DNA of 34,338 nucleotides from a virus (lineage: Duplodnaviria > Caudoviricetes): positions 1 through 34,338 of IMG/VR virus record IMGVR_UViG_3300020045_007366, one strand, 5' to 3'. Below, piece by piece: positions 17,164 through 25,866 of this stretch. A program made the translations under genes and the position numbers. Position 1 is the first letter of the stretch, and each line of letters begins with the position of its first letter. A model generated the notes under the pieces. It saw only the letters and a list, made by a program, of their open reading frames with translations, was not told the DNA's origin and searched no databases.

Positions 17164-19323
17164 ATGGCTGTTAAGTATGCCCTTACTGGATTATGGACCG
17201 ACGATACTTCGTGGTCTACCACGTCCGGCGGGGCGGCAGATACGGTAGAGCCCACGGCGGCTGACGATGTTATTTTTGATTCTAACTCGGGGAATATAAC
17301 CATAACCGCAGCTGCTGTTTGCAGGTCTTTGGACATGACCTCTGGCACAGGAAACTACGCTGGGGTTTTGAACCATGATGCTGGATTTACATTAAGCATT
17401 GGGGACGGCACGGCTGGGGCGGGGAATGTGGCTCTTAAACTAGTGGCAAGCACCTACACCATAGACAATGCCCTCACCTCCGCCATTTCTTTCGTCTCAA
17501 CTTCAACTACCCAGCAAGGAATTACTTGGGCTGGCAACACTCACGGCAACCTAACATTTAATGGTGTCGCAGGAAGTTGGATTTTTAATGATGCTTCAAC
17601 TGGGGTTGGGACAACAACCACGCTAACCAACGGGACTTTAAATACAAACGGGCAGACCTGTTCGTGGGGAACTTTTACTTCTTCCAACAACAACACTAGG
17701 GTTTTGACTATGGGAGCAAGCAATATAACAATATCAAATGGAAATGGCGTGGTATGGCAAATTGACGGCAGTAATATAACGATAAATGCCAACACATCAG
17801 CAATAACACTAACGGGAGCAAACACTACCTTTGCGGGTAGCGGGACAGCGAGCGCAAAAACATATTATTCCGTGAGTTTAACTGGTTCGGGCGCGGCTGT
17901 TTTGGCAGGAACAAATAATGATACTTTTACAAATTTTACCAGGACAGGAACGGCTGTAAAAACTGACAGTTTAAGCGTTGCGGGTAACCGCACAATTACA
18001 GGCACTCTTCGTCTTGACGGGGCATCTGTTACAAATCGCCTTTTAGTCGCATCCAACACTCTCGGTACAGCCCGCACCATCACCGCTGCCACCATGTCCG
18101 CCTCAACAGATAATGTGGATTTCAGAGACATCACGGGTGCAGGTGCGGCCAGCTGGGACTTGTCGGCGAAGTCAACAGGGGATGCTGGCGGGAATACGAA
18201 CATCACTTTCACCACAGCCCAGACGCAATATTGGGTAGGAGGAACAGGGTCATGGTCAACTGCCGCAGAATGGGGCACGACTTCTGGCGGGTCTGGAGGG
18301 AGGACACCGCTACCTCAAGACGATACCGTGTTTGATGCTAATTCTTTTAGTGCTCCTAACCAGGACTCATTCATGGATATGCCAAGGTGCGGAAAGACTT
18401 TGACAGCTACAGCCGCCGCTATTGGAGCCAATACACCACGCCTTTACAATTCTAACGCCATTGAGATTTATGGCGGGTACGATTTAAGCGGAGTCAATAA
18501 TTCATCTATCGGGAACGGGTTTAACTTTACCTTGGCTGGGCGAGGCAGTTTCACTTTGACTCAGGGCAGTTACACCGGAATGGCCGGTTCTGCGACCACT
18601 ATTCTAGCCGCGCCTGGGGGCACTTACACGCTTTTGGATGCGATGGCATTTAACAGCACTGTTCGGGGTTTTCAGATATCGCACGGGACATTTGATGCTG
18701 ACGTTTACAATGTCACAGTCGGGATTTTGAACAATAACGTCACGACGACAAAAGTCATTTCAATGGGTTCAGGAACGTGGACGATCACCGGAAGCGGGAC
18801 ATCCATGTGGCTATTGAACGCGACCGGAACGACGCTCAACGCAGAAACGTCCACAATTCTATCCACCGCAACCGCATCTAAAACCTTCACTGGCGGCGGC
18901 CTCACTTACCACAACCTCACTTTCTCCGGGACAGGCACAGCTACAATCACGATTGCGGGATCAAACACATTTACCGGCAAATTCAAAGACATCGGCACAG
19001 CCGCTCACACTATTTCGTTCACGTCGAACACAACGCAGACATTCACGGCTCCGCCAAACACGCCTGGGAGTTCATTTTCCGTTATAGGTTCAATTGGAAA
19101 TGTGATTACATTAGACAAGTCCAGCATCATCAATGCGACTCTCTCGGACGCTTCTGGAATAAATTGTTGCGATTACCTCACCATCAGTGGGGTCACGGCG
19201 ACTGGAGGAGCATCCTGGTATGCGGGGATACACTCTACCGGAGGAACTGATATCGGGTGGCTTGATGCGTCGTGTCCGGGATTTGGGCATCACAATAACC
19301 CCGTGGCGTTCGGCGGGTTTTAA
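17164..19323 (+). CDS. Large T/G/S-rich beta-helix tail fibre / adhesin
   Basis: 719 aa with an internal duplication (WSTTSGG..P...DDVIFDSNS / WGTTSGG..P..DDTVFDANS); no signal peptide. Confidence 0.7.
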   Translation: MAVKYALTGLWTDDTSWSTTSGGAADTVEPTAADDVIFDSNSGNITITAAAVCRSLDMTSGTGNYAGVLNHDAGFTLSIGDGTAGAGNVALKLVASTYTIDNALTSAISFVSTSTTQQGITWAGNTHGNLTFNGVAGSWIFNDASTGVGTTTTLTNGTLNTNGQTCSWGTFTSSNNNTRVLTMGASNITISNGNGVVWQIDGSNITINANTSAITLTGANTTFAGSGTASAKTYYSVSLTGSGAAVLAGTNNDTFTNFTRTGTAVKTDSLSVAGNRTITGTLRLDGASVTNRLLVASNTLGTARTITAATMSASTDNVDFRDITGAGAASWDLSAKSTGDAGGNTNITFTTAQTQYWVGGTGSWSTAAEWGTTSGGSGGRTPLPQDDTVFDANSFSAPNQDSFMDMPRCGKTLTATAAAIGANTPRLYNSNAIEIYGGYDLSGVNNSSIGNGFNFTLAGRGSFTLTQGSYTGMAGSATTILAAPGGTYTLLDAMAFNSTVRGFQISHGTFDADVYNVTVGILNNNVTTTKVISMGSGTWTITGSGTSMWLLNATGTTLNAETSTILSTATASKTFTGGGLTYHNLTFSGTGTATITIAGSNTFTGKFKDIGTAAHTISFTSNTTQTFTAPPNTPGSSFSVIGSIGNVITLDKSSIINATLSDASGINCCDYLTISGVTATGGASWYAGIHSTGGTDIGWLDASCPGFGHHNNPVAFGGF

Positions 19324-19334
19324 GGAGAATTGAA

Positions 19335-19598
19335 ATGAAAAGATATCTATTCATGGCGTCAATTGTTGGGATAACTAGCATCATGGCTTATGCCGGGACG
19401 TTGTCCAAGGATCCCAATGGCAACATCGTGGAAACTTATAGCGAAGAAGAATATCAAGTTGGGCTTGATCAAAGACGAAAAGCCGTTGAAAACGCTCAAT
19501 ACCGGGTTGATAAATTGACTCTTGAACTTGCTCAGGCCGAAGCCAGATTGGTTCTTGTTCAAGCTGAGTTGCAGGATTGGGAAGCAGCGAAACAATGA
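19335..19598 (+). CDS. Signal-peptide-bearing small coiled-coil protein
   Basis: AAGGAG RBS; MKRYLFMASIVGITSIMAYA|G. Confidence 0.65.
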   Translation: MKRYLFMASIVGITSIMAYAGTLSKDPNGNIVETYSEEEYQVGLDQRRKAVENAQYRVDKLTLELAQAEARLVLVQAELQDWEAAKQ

Positions 19599-19636
19599 GG
19601 GAGATTGATATAATCGCAGAGTTGGAGAAGTAGGGT

Positions 19637-20008
19637 GTGGCGGACGAAACCAAACTCATTGAAAGCGCGTCAAGTCTCATCGCGAATATTCTTTCTCGAC
19701 ATGGACTTGAAGGACTTATTGGCGTCTGGCTTGTTTACCAAAAATTCATTGAGCCAATCATCAAGAAAAGGAAAGATGAGTGGTATAGTTGGCGAGATAT
19801 CAAAGAATTGAAGGAGAAAGCAGACTATATGCAAGCGCAATTGAACGGGCATTTAGCTAAAGAGGCAGAAGAGGATATCAAAATATCAGGCATGGAAAAG
19901 GATATTGAGTATCACAAATCAGAAATCCTTGAATCTAAGTCTGATATCAAAGAAGTATTTAGAGTCTTGAGTGAGATTAAAACACTTTTGATTCAAAGAA
20001 ACAATTAG
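19637..20008 (+). CDS. Putative holin-like membrane protein
   Basis: Weak N-terminal TM segment plus coiled coil; upstream of the endolysin; GTG start with GGAG RBS. Confidence 0.45.
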   Translation: MADETKLIESASSLIANILSRHGLEGLIGVWLVYQKFIEPIIKKRKDEWYSWRDIKELKEKADYMQAQLNGHLAKEAEEDIKISGMEKDIEYHKSEILESKSDIKEVFRVLSEIKTLLIQRNN

Positions 20009-20013
20009 ATTTC

Positions 20014-20295
20014 ATGAACTTAAAAAAACTGTTTTCTAAGCAAGATTCCTTATCTTTCATAGACTACAAGCAAAAGATTATTGCTATGAAACAATCAGCG
20101 ATTGATAAGCGTCTCTCAACAATTCAGAAGATTTTAGAGGATAACAGCAAGTTCGACGAGCAAGCGTATGCTAAGTTTATCCTCATTGAGGCTAATCAAG
20201 ATCAGATCAGGTCGGCATTGGTGGATATGAGGACTGAGGTTAATACCTTGATTCGTGAGCTTAGGGTGGTTTTGGTTGATAGGAGGAAATCATGA
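20014..20295 (+). CDS. Coiled-coil hypothetical protein
   Basis: Tightly packed ORF with an ATGA overlap into the endolysin. Confidence 0.55.
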   Translation: MNLKKLFSKQDSLSFIDYKQKIIAMKQSAIDKRLSTIQKILEDNSKFDEQAYAKFILIEANQDQIRSALVDMRTEVNTLIRELRVVLVDRRKS

Positions 20296-20843
20296 GTTGG
20301 TTAACTTATAGAGAAAACGTAAAGAAAACTCCTGCTATCGTTAGAACTGTCGAATTGCTTGATCCATACTTTGAGGGACTTTCCGCTGAGGTTACGTCTG
20401 GGTTAAGGACTCCAGAAGATCAAATCAGAATCATAGCTGAAAAAATGAAACGACATGGAATATACTCGGACTTTCCAGAGTTCGATTTACATCTTAATTC
20501 CGCTCCTGAATTTGGGGTTGAGATAGATGACGAGGTTCTTTACTTTTGGCAGCGAGGATGGTCTAAGTGCCTGAATATAGGAGATATAGTCAATCCTCCG
20601 TTGCCCGCTAGATGTGTTTTTGATTATTTCAGGCCGGGAAATCCAGAGAACAAGAAAGGTCAGACCATAGGGATAAGTCCTCATCAGCGCGGGTTAGCGT
20701 TTGATTTAAGCGGGGGTTCTAACCTTATGGAGGTCTGTAAGCGTGTAATGAAGGCATATCAAAAGGGAGATTGTTTTATTACTGATTATCTTCAAGAAAG
20801 AATCAATAATGCGGCGCACGTTGGGGTTAAGCAAATCGGATGA
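20292..20843 (+). CDS. Endolysin, M15-like Zn peptidase (LAS fold)
   Basis: 'VTSGLRT..DQ', 'SPHQRGLAFD' (SxHxxGxAxD) and a distal 'AAHV' His; AGGAGG RBS. Confidence 0.75.
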   Translation: MSWLTYRENVKKTPAIVRTVELLDPYFEGLSAEVTSGLRTPEDQIRIIAEKMKRHGIYSDFPEFDLHLNSAPEFGVEIDDEVLYFWQRGWSKCLNIGDIVNPPLPARCVFDYFRPGNPENKKGQTIGISPHQRGLAFDLSGGSNLMEVCKRVMKAYQKGDCFITDYLQERINNAAHVGVKQIG

Positions 20844-20935
20844 GAGAGTTAGCTGACATTCTTATACTTGGAATCCTAGTCGTGGCCTTAATTAGCGTCT
20901 TAATTTTAGGATTCACATACATGGTAACTCCATGA
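20840..20935 (+). CDS. 31-aa single-TM peptide (not in ORF track)
   Basis: MRELADILILGILVVALISVLILGFTYMVTP; ATGA overlaps at both ends. Confidence 0.6.
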   Translation: MRELADILILGILVVALISVLILGFTYMVTP

Positions 20936-21231
20936 ACCCATTAGATAAAAAAGATTTACTTGGAATTGCCATGACCATTTTTTTTGGATTGGTTGTTTTG
21001 AATATGACTTCTTGCGTAAGTTTAGTTAAGGTTCCAGATACTCCGCAAGTGCTAGGTCGTGGACAATGTTTCTGGTATGATTCTCTTGAAAGAAAGGCTA
21101 AAAGCAAGTCTATGTGTTGGGAGCATAAACAAGTTGGATGGATTACAGTATTCTGCACATTGCATAAGAACCATTCATCGAAACATCATTCTCATTCTAT
21201 GACAAATGATTGTAGAGCAATATGGAAATAA
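20932..21231 (+). CDS. Putative lipoprotein with a Cys/His-rich domain (possible spanin component)
   Basis: Hydrophobic stretch ending MTS|C; C-terminal C..C.L...H...H. Confidence 0.5.
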   Translation: MNPLDKKDLLGIAMTIFFGLVVLNMTSCVSLVKVPDTPQVLGRGQCFWYDSLERKAKSKSMCWEHKQVGWITVFCTLHKNHSSKHHSHSMTNDCRAIWK

Positions 21232-21310
21232 TCAAAATCATGGCTTGGTTTAGAAGGCATTGGCATGACGGGAAATTCTGGTTTTTTACGAAGAAATTTT
21301 AGGGGGAGAT

Positions 21311-21709
21311 ATGTCAAAATTCCTAAGCAGCCTGGTAGTTAGAAAACTAGCCGGCAAGAAGGATAAGGCAAATTGGGAAGTTATCGAACCTCTTATCTAT
21401 GAAAGTAAACTTTTAAAAAGAGTCATAACCGTTCCTAAAGGATTTGTGACAGATTTTGCCAGCGTGCCGAGATTGCCTATAGCATATTCGTGGGCTGGAA
21501 ACATTGCCCAAGCGTCGGCTACGGTGCATGATCTACTTTACCAAAAACATGAAATTTCCAAGACTAGAGCAGATATGGTTTTCCTTGAAGCCATGAAAGC
21601 GGAGAAGGTTCCTTTCCTAAAGAGGCAAATCATGTATTGGGCCGTAAGTGTGGCTGGATGGGGAGCCTATGGTTCTGGGCCCGATAGATTTAAAGTCCTG
21701 AACTCTTAA
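21311..21709 (+). CDS. DUF1353 family protein
   Basis: 'ITVPKGFVTDFASVPR', 'ATVHDLLY', 'ADMVFLEAM' and 'MYWAV' motifs. Confidence 0.9.
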   Translation: MSKFLSSLVVRKLAGKKDKANWEVIEPLIYESKLLKRVITVPKGFVTDFASVPRLPIAYSWAGNIAQASATVHDLLYQKHEISKTRADMVFLEAMKAEKVPFLKRQIMYWAVSVAGWGAYGSGPDRFKVLNS

Positions 21710-21724
21710 ACTTTACTTAATAGT

Positions 21725-21910
21725 TCACTCTTTCACTCTAAACTCAGTCTCATCCTGTTCGTTGCGGATGGCTTCTGCGATTATAGATGCTCCATACAAA
21801 ATGGCATAGGCATTTAACAACTGTTCGCCATTATAATTATCTGGCTTGATATTAAAAACTCTGTCAAATTCTGCTTGATGTCTCTTAAAAAGATTCTTAG
21901 CGTCCACCAT
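21725..21910 (-). CDS. Hypothetical protein
   Basis: GGAGG RBS; last gene of the leftward operon. Confidence 0.55.
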   Translation of the reverse strand: MVDAKNLFKRHQAEFDRVFNIKPDNYNGEQLLNAYAILYGASIIAEAIRNEQDETEFRVKE

Positions 21911-22145
21911 TGTCAGCCTCCCTGATTTCCTTGACCTTTGCGAGAGCGTCGCAAATCAAATCAAGAGCAAAGTTTGAGTCAAGCTGATCCCGCATCTTTG
22001 GTTCTACAATATTTTTAATTTCCTCCACGATCTTGCGGAGCCTGGCGAGATCGTCTTTAGCTGACGTTGTGATGCAATGAGTCGTCATACAAAAATTGCA
22101 GGAATCCTGGATTGGGCTATCTTCTGGAATTGGCTTTGCGCTCAT
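21897..22145 (-). CDS. Hypothetical protein
   Basis: GGAGGAG RBS; CxxC. Confidence 0.6.
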   Translation of the reverse strand: MSAKPIPEDSPIQDSCNFCMTTHCITTSAKDDLARLRKIVEEIKNIVEPKMRDQLDSNFALDLICDALAKVKEIREADNGGR

Positions 22146-22271
22146 TTCGCTCCTCCAGAATTTAACGATAGTAGGGCTCCCTGCACCATGTCGTCAAGTT
22201 CGCATTTTCCAAGATAACAATGAACCTCATGCAACGCCTCCACCGCCTGCCCGTCTCTGATTTTTTCATGG

Positions 22272-22442
22272 TCATAATTCCCTGATCTCAATATGCCTAA
22301 GTTCATCACCGGATGGAAGCGTCGCTAAGCAATGAGACTTCGTTTTGTAGAGATAGGCTTCGCATCGCTCTTCTCTAGAATCGTCCTTAATCCAAGACAG
22401 ATTCACCCAATACTTACGCTTGAATTTCTTTATTTTTCCCAT
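22272..22442 (-). CDS. Small basic hypothetical protein
   Basis: AGGAGG RBS supports the start at MGKIKK. Confidence 0.55.
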   Translation of the reverse strand: MGKIKKFKRKYWVNLSWIKDDSREERCEAYLYKTKSHCLATLPSGDELRHIEIREL

Positions 22443-22828
22443 TCCATTTCCTCCTTCTGGACTTTGACCTTCTGACGGCATCGGTGGCAGGTTAGACAGA
22501 ACCAATCAGTATCGCAAGTAGGGAGCATCTCCGACCAGTTTCTCAAACCCTCGGCGTAAGCCCAAATCACCTGCTTTTCATCTGATGGCCACCACCTATG
22601 CCCACCGTTCGCAAGGCAGAACCGTCCCGACTTCACGAACTCCTCCAGCGAATAAACTTCCGTGGATTTTGAGACTGTCCAAATATGGATTAACTGTCCT
22701 GATTCTGCTGTTAATGATTCATAAAATCCCAAAGTAGAGCCGGAGATATTGTAATTTCCAGGCTTTACCATTTTAGCCATCCCCACTTGCGCCATGAGAA
22801 ATACTGACAGGAAGATGATGATTTTCAT
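22430..22828 (-). CDS. Secreted hypothetical protein with Cys/His cluster
   Basis: MKIIIFLSVFLMAQVGMA|K; C....GH.W...CxxC. Confidence 0.6.
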   Translation of the reverse strand: MKIIIFLSVFLMAQVGMAKMVKPGNYNISGSTLGFYESLTAESGQLIHIWTVSKSTEVYSLEEFVKSGRFCLANGGHRWWPSDEKQVIWAYAEGLRNWSEMLPTCDTDWFCLTCHRCRQKVKVQKEEMEWEK

Positions 22829-23076
22829 TTGGATTCCCCTTGCCAAAACTCTATGGCTTGAGCAATTTTAATCCTGATCTTTCTGAGCATAAAATTACCA
22901 CGGAAACATTCGTCGTCATGAAGTCCATTGTTTAAAACGTCGAGTTCTTTTTGAACTTCAGTAAGCGACGCAACTTGAGCCTTCGCAGAAATGCGATATG
23001 CCTCTCGCCTAGATATTCCACACCCAAAACTTCCCAACCCTAAGACCACCAGCGATAGGATTAGAAGAGATTTCAT
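22825..23076 (-). CDS. Putative lipoprotein (superinfection-exclusion candidate)
   Basis: MKSLLILSLVVLGLGSFG|C lipobox-like; GGAGG RBS. Confidence 0.6.
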   Translation of the reverse strand: MKSLLILSLVVLGLGSFGCGISRREAYRISAKAQVASLTEVQKELDVLNNGLHDDECFRGNFMLRKIRIKIAQAIEFWQGESK

Positions 23077-23345
23077 GTCTTAACCTCCGTCGGCGGGGTG
23101 AGTCCTCGCTCTGCCGTTTTGAAAATTAGAGAGCTTAGAGCATCACAATCAGCAGCCCACTCAATCAAATCCAGATCACCTGTCTTTCCGCAAGCTGTAA
23201 CAAGAGTCTGAAATTTATCCTTTCCTCTCTCTGTGAATATTTGAATATTCCTCAACGCCTCATTCGCCTTGTCGAGAGCGGATTGAAGGCGGGAAATTTC
23301 GGCATCTCTTCTTTTAATAATTTCATGCAACGTAGATTCACCCAT
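23073..23345 (-). CDS. Coiled-coil hypothetical protein
   Basis: GGAGG RBS supports ATG 23345. Confidence 0.55.
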   Translation of the reverse strand: MGESTLHEIIKRRDAEISRLQSALDKANEALRNIQIFTERGKDKFQTLVTACGKTGDLDLIEWAADCDALSSLIFKTAERGLTPPTEVKT

Positions 23346-23437
23346 ATCAATCCTCCATAATTTGGAACTGGCGGCCATCCAGCATTATGTTGACTGAGCC
23401 AACATGCTTTGAAGCTCCTCCGCCGGTTCCGCTTTCA

Positions 23438-23728
23438 TCAAAAGTTTGGGAGATCATGCAATTTCTCGGACTTCATAAAATATATTTTTCCTCTCCAAGT
23501 TTTAAAAAACCATGCATACCCATAATTCACCTGAACATAAGTAGGCAATAACCACAGAAAAGGATGTTCCCACCAACGGATAATTGCACGCTCCAAATCC
23601 TTCTCGCTGAAAATATAGTTATGATAAAATGGATTATCTTTATTCACAAAATCCATCCGCGCCGAGAGGGGGTATTCATAGCAATACACTCCGCAAAAAT
23701 CCCGATACCGTTTCTCTAGCCATGCCAT
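23438..23728 (-). CDS. Aromatic-rich hypothetical protein
   Basis: ORF within the operon, overlapping the nuclease 3' end; start may be ATG 23723. Confidence 0.5.
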   Translation of the reverse strand: MAWLEKRYRDFCGVYCYEYPLSARMDFVNKDNPFYHNYIFSEKDLERAIIRWWEHPFLWLLPTYVQVNYGYAWFFKTWRGKIYFMKSEKLHDLPNF

Positions 23729-24056
23729 CCTTAATCATTTTCAATTTCTGTTTTTCAGATAACTTTTCTTCAATGATATCCGTTCTCATTTCTCTAGGAG
23801 TAAACCTGTAAATCCTCCATCCCATGCGCGTTGCTTCATTGTATTTTCTCATGTCACGCAACATTCCAGATCCGCGACCATGTCCACCGCCACTCATCCA
23901 TGTTCCTCCTTCAATTTCAAGCGCAATCCCATGATTCCCAAAAATAGGCCACGCGAAATCAAACCGCCATTTCCGTGTCGGGTGAAATTTATACTCCACT
24001 TCTGGCTCCGGTAAGCCACGTAATTTCCAGAAATCTTTATCTGCCGTGAATTTCAT
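23676..24056 (-). CDS. PD-(D/E)xK nuclease, DUF559/Vsr-like (possible resolvase)
   Basis: 'EYKFHPTRKWRFDFAWP', 'LEIEGG' and 'DMRKYNEA...GWRIYRFT'. Confidence 0.85.
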   Translation of the reverse strand: MKFTADKDFWKLRGLPEPEVEYKFHPTRKWRFDFAWPIFGNHGIALEIEGGTWMSGGGHGRGSGMLRDMRKYNEATRMGWRIYRFTPREMRTDIIEEKLSEKQKLKMIKDGMARETVSGFLRSVLL

Positions 24057-24478
24057 TTGTCCTCGTTTAATCTTAATGTCGGCCTACCTAGCTCCCCACG
24101 CAATGCGGAGATAATCGCTTTTCTGCTTTTCTCCACAAGATCGTAAGAAAGAGTAGTGTAATAAGTCACATTTTCAATCCTGATATTCAACTGATTGATT
24201 TCCTCTTTCAATCGCTCATTCTCACTCTTGAGCATTGCGTTCTGAACGTCTTTGGCTGAGATATCGTCAGGTGACTTATCTTTTAAATCTTGCTCAAGAA
24301 CTTTTCTGGCATTTTTAACAGCAAGTCCTCCCATATGTGCGACTGCATCTGATGGAGATCGGTTCATTTCATCAGCATCCTCATCTATGCCCATCGGCAC
24401 ATTCATCCACATTTCTATTTGATATTCCAAAGCGTCTCTTAAAAGTTTACTCATTGCCAAATATTTGCAATTATGCAA
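24053..24478 (-). CDS. Coiled-coil hypothetical protein
   Basis: ORF within the operon; start uncertain. Confidence 0.55.
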   Translation of the reverse strand: MHNCKYLAMSKLLRDALEYQIEMWMNVPMGIDEDADEMNRSPSDAVAHMGGLAVKNARKVLEQDLKDKSPDDISAKDVQNAMLKSENERLKEEINQLNIRIENVTYYTTLSYDLVEKSRKAIISALRGELGRPTLRLNEDK

Positions 24479-24542
24479 ATCCCAAAAAGAATGAAACTTA
24501 ATCCTATTCCAGAAAAAGCAATTTTAATTAAAGTCGGAAAAA

Positions 24543-24884
24543 TCATTTTATCTCCTTCGTATAGTCACAGTTACATTGACTGCACCTATACATTCCGTCA
24601 TCTTCGTTTTTTTCTATCTTCCCGCCTTTGCATCTATAACATTTCATATCTTTTAGCAGTCGCGCATTGCGATTTTCTTCCGGTTCTTTTGGGACAGGTT
24701 TAAACAGTTCACTTTCGTTTGAGTTTATTTTCCAGAGCCTCACGGCAGCTTTCCAGTCTTTCATCTTTGTGCGCCCAACCATCCATCCCTTCATTTCATA
24801 GTAGTTTAAGAATTTCTGAGCATTGATTCTAAACCCTATTGAAAGTCCGTAATTCAAAACGTCGGATTCAGATGGTATTATCAT
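24543..24884 (-). CDS. Stand-alone replication-initiator C-terminal-type domain plus Zn ribbon
   Basis: 'KFLNYYEMKGWMVGRTKMKDWKAAVRLW' is the motif usually found at the C-terminus of phage replisome organisers; CYRC...CSQC. Confidence 0.7.
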   Translation of the reverse strand: MIIPSESDVLNYGLSIGFRINAQKFLNYYEMKGWMVGRTKMKDWKAAVRLWKINSNESELFKPVPKEPEENRNARLLKDMKCYRCKGGKIEKNEDDGMYRCSQCNCDYTKEIK

Positions 24885-25165
24885 TCAAAATTCACAATCA
24901 CTCTTTCGATTTCATTACTCGGAATCTCTCCACAACACAACCTAAGCTCCGCGACTGTCCAGTAAACTCTTATGGCCCTATGATTGGTCTTGTTTTTACT
25001 GTAAATAAATCCTTCTTTAGATTTCTCGCTTGGATTCATTCTTCTTTTTCAACCTCCATCTTTTATTACGAATAACTGTTCTAGCCTTCCTGTATTCAAT
25101 AGCATCTTTACGGCTTCGTTGATACTTGATTATGTCTATGGAGATTATATCGTTTAAGGCGTTCT

Positions 25166-25517
25166 TCATTTCTTCTTACCCCAAGAGCAACCTTTCCCAG
25201 GAGAACACTTACAGCAGATAATCATTAGACTATGTGCCGTAATGATTTCAGGCTTATCCATAGCCTTTGAATGCTTCCTACAAAATACATGAGGCTCCTT
25301 CGTATCGTATGGATGCAATGGCTCTAGTTTAGGCATTAGGCGTCTCTGGGGTAGATTCGATTGCCTTGAGGTCTGCAAGGGCCTCAGAATTAGGGCTAGA
25401 AGGGGTCTGGCTTGCGTTTTTAGGCACTTTAGCCCCCCACCGGGACCTTTTCCACTTGGCCAAGCGTTCTGGCGTCCATTTCCCTGTTTTCTTATGATTT
25501 TTGTGCTTAGTTCCCAT
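25166..25517 (-). CDS. Two small hypothetical genes (25329-25517 basic; 25166-~25336 Cys/His-rich)
   Basis: Packed ORFs with RBS; no recognised family. Confidence 0.5.
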
Positions 25518-25518
25518 T

Positions 25519-25866
25519 TTATCTACTCCCTATATTATTGATTATTTGTTTAACAGAAAATCCTTGAGGTTCAATAAATTTGCAAGCACTCTCTTGAATT
25601 CCAGCAATAATAAAAAATAAAACAAATATTAAAATTGGAATTATTAACAACAATGCTGGCCAATATTCCCCTATACTGCTGTGCATAAATTTATCAATAA
25701 ACTTACGAGACACATAGTAGGACAATACACCCCACATCAAGTAACCAAATACAGATGATATCCCATCTAATTTTTGATAATTTATAAATGGAATCCACAG
25801 CGATTCCGTTGTCTGTCCAAGTTTATTTGCAAGAACCATCACAGCATCAATAATTTCCAGCATCAT
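25519..25866 (-). CDS. Membrane protein (2 TM)
   Basis: Two hydrophobic segments; AT-rich; AAGGAG RBS. Confidence 0.65.
   Translation of the reverse strand: MMLEIIDAVMVLANKLGQTTESLWIPFINYQKLDGISSVFGYLMWGVLSYYVSRKFIDKFMHSSIGEYWPALLLIIPILIFVLFFIIAGIQESACKFIEPQGFSVKQIINNIGSR

Noticed and set aside
16737-17175. Group I intron around the HNH gene
   Set aside because: Only ~40 and ~25 nt flank the ORF, too little for a ribozyme core, and no P7-type sequences are visible.
14878-19323. Diversity-generating retroelement or invertase shufflon acting on the fibres
   Set aside because: No RT, template repeat or site-specific recombinase was seen.
12-21158. Many - strand ORFs and short alternate-frame ORFs over the late operon
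   Set aside because: They are shadows of well-supported + strand genes, with no RBS or motifs.
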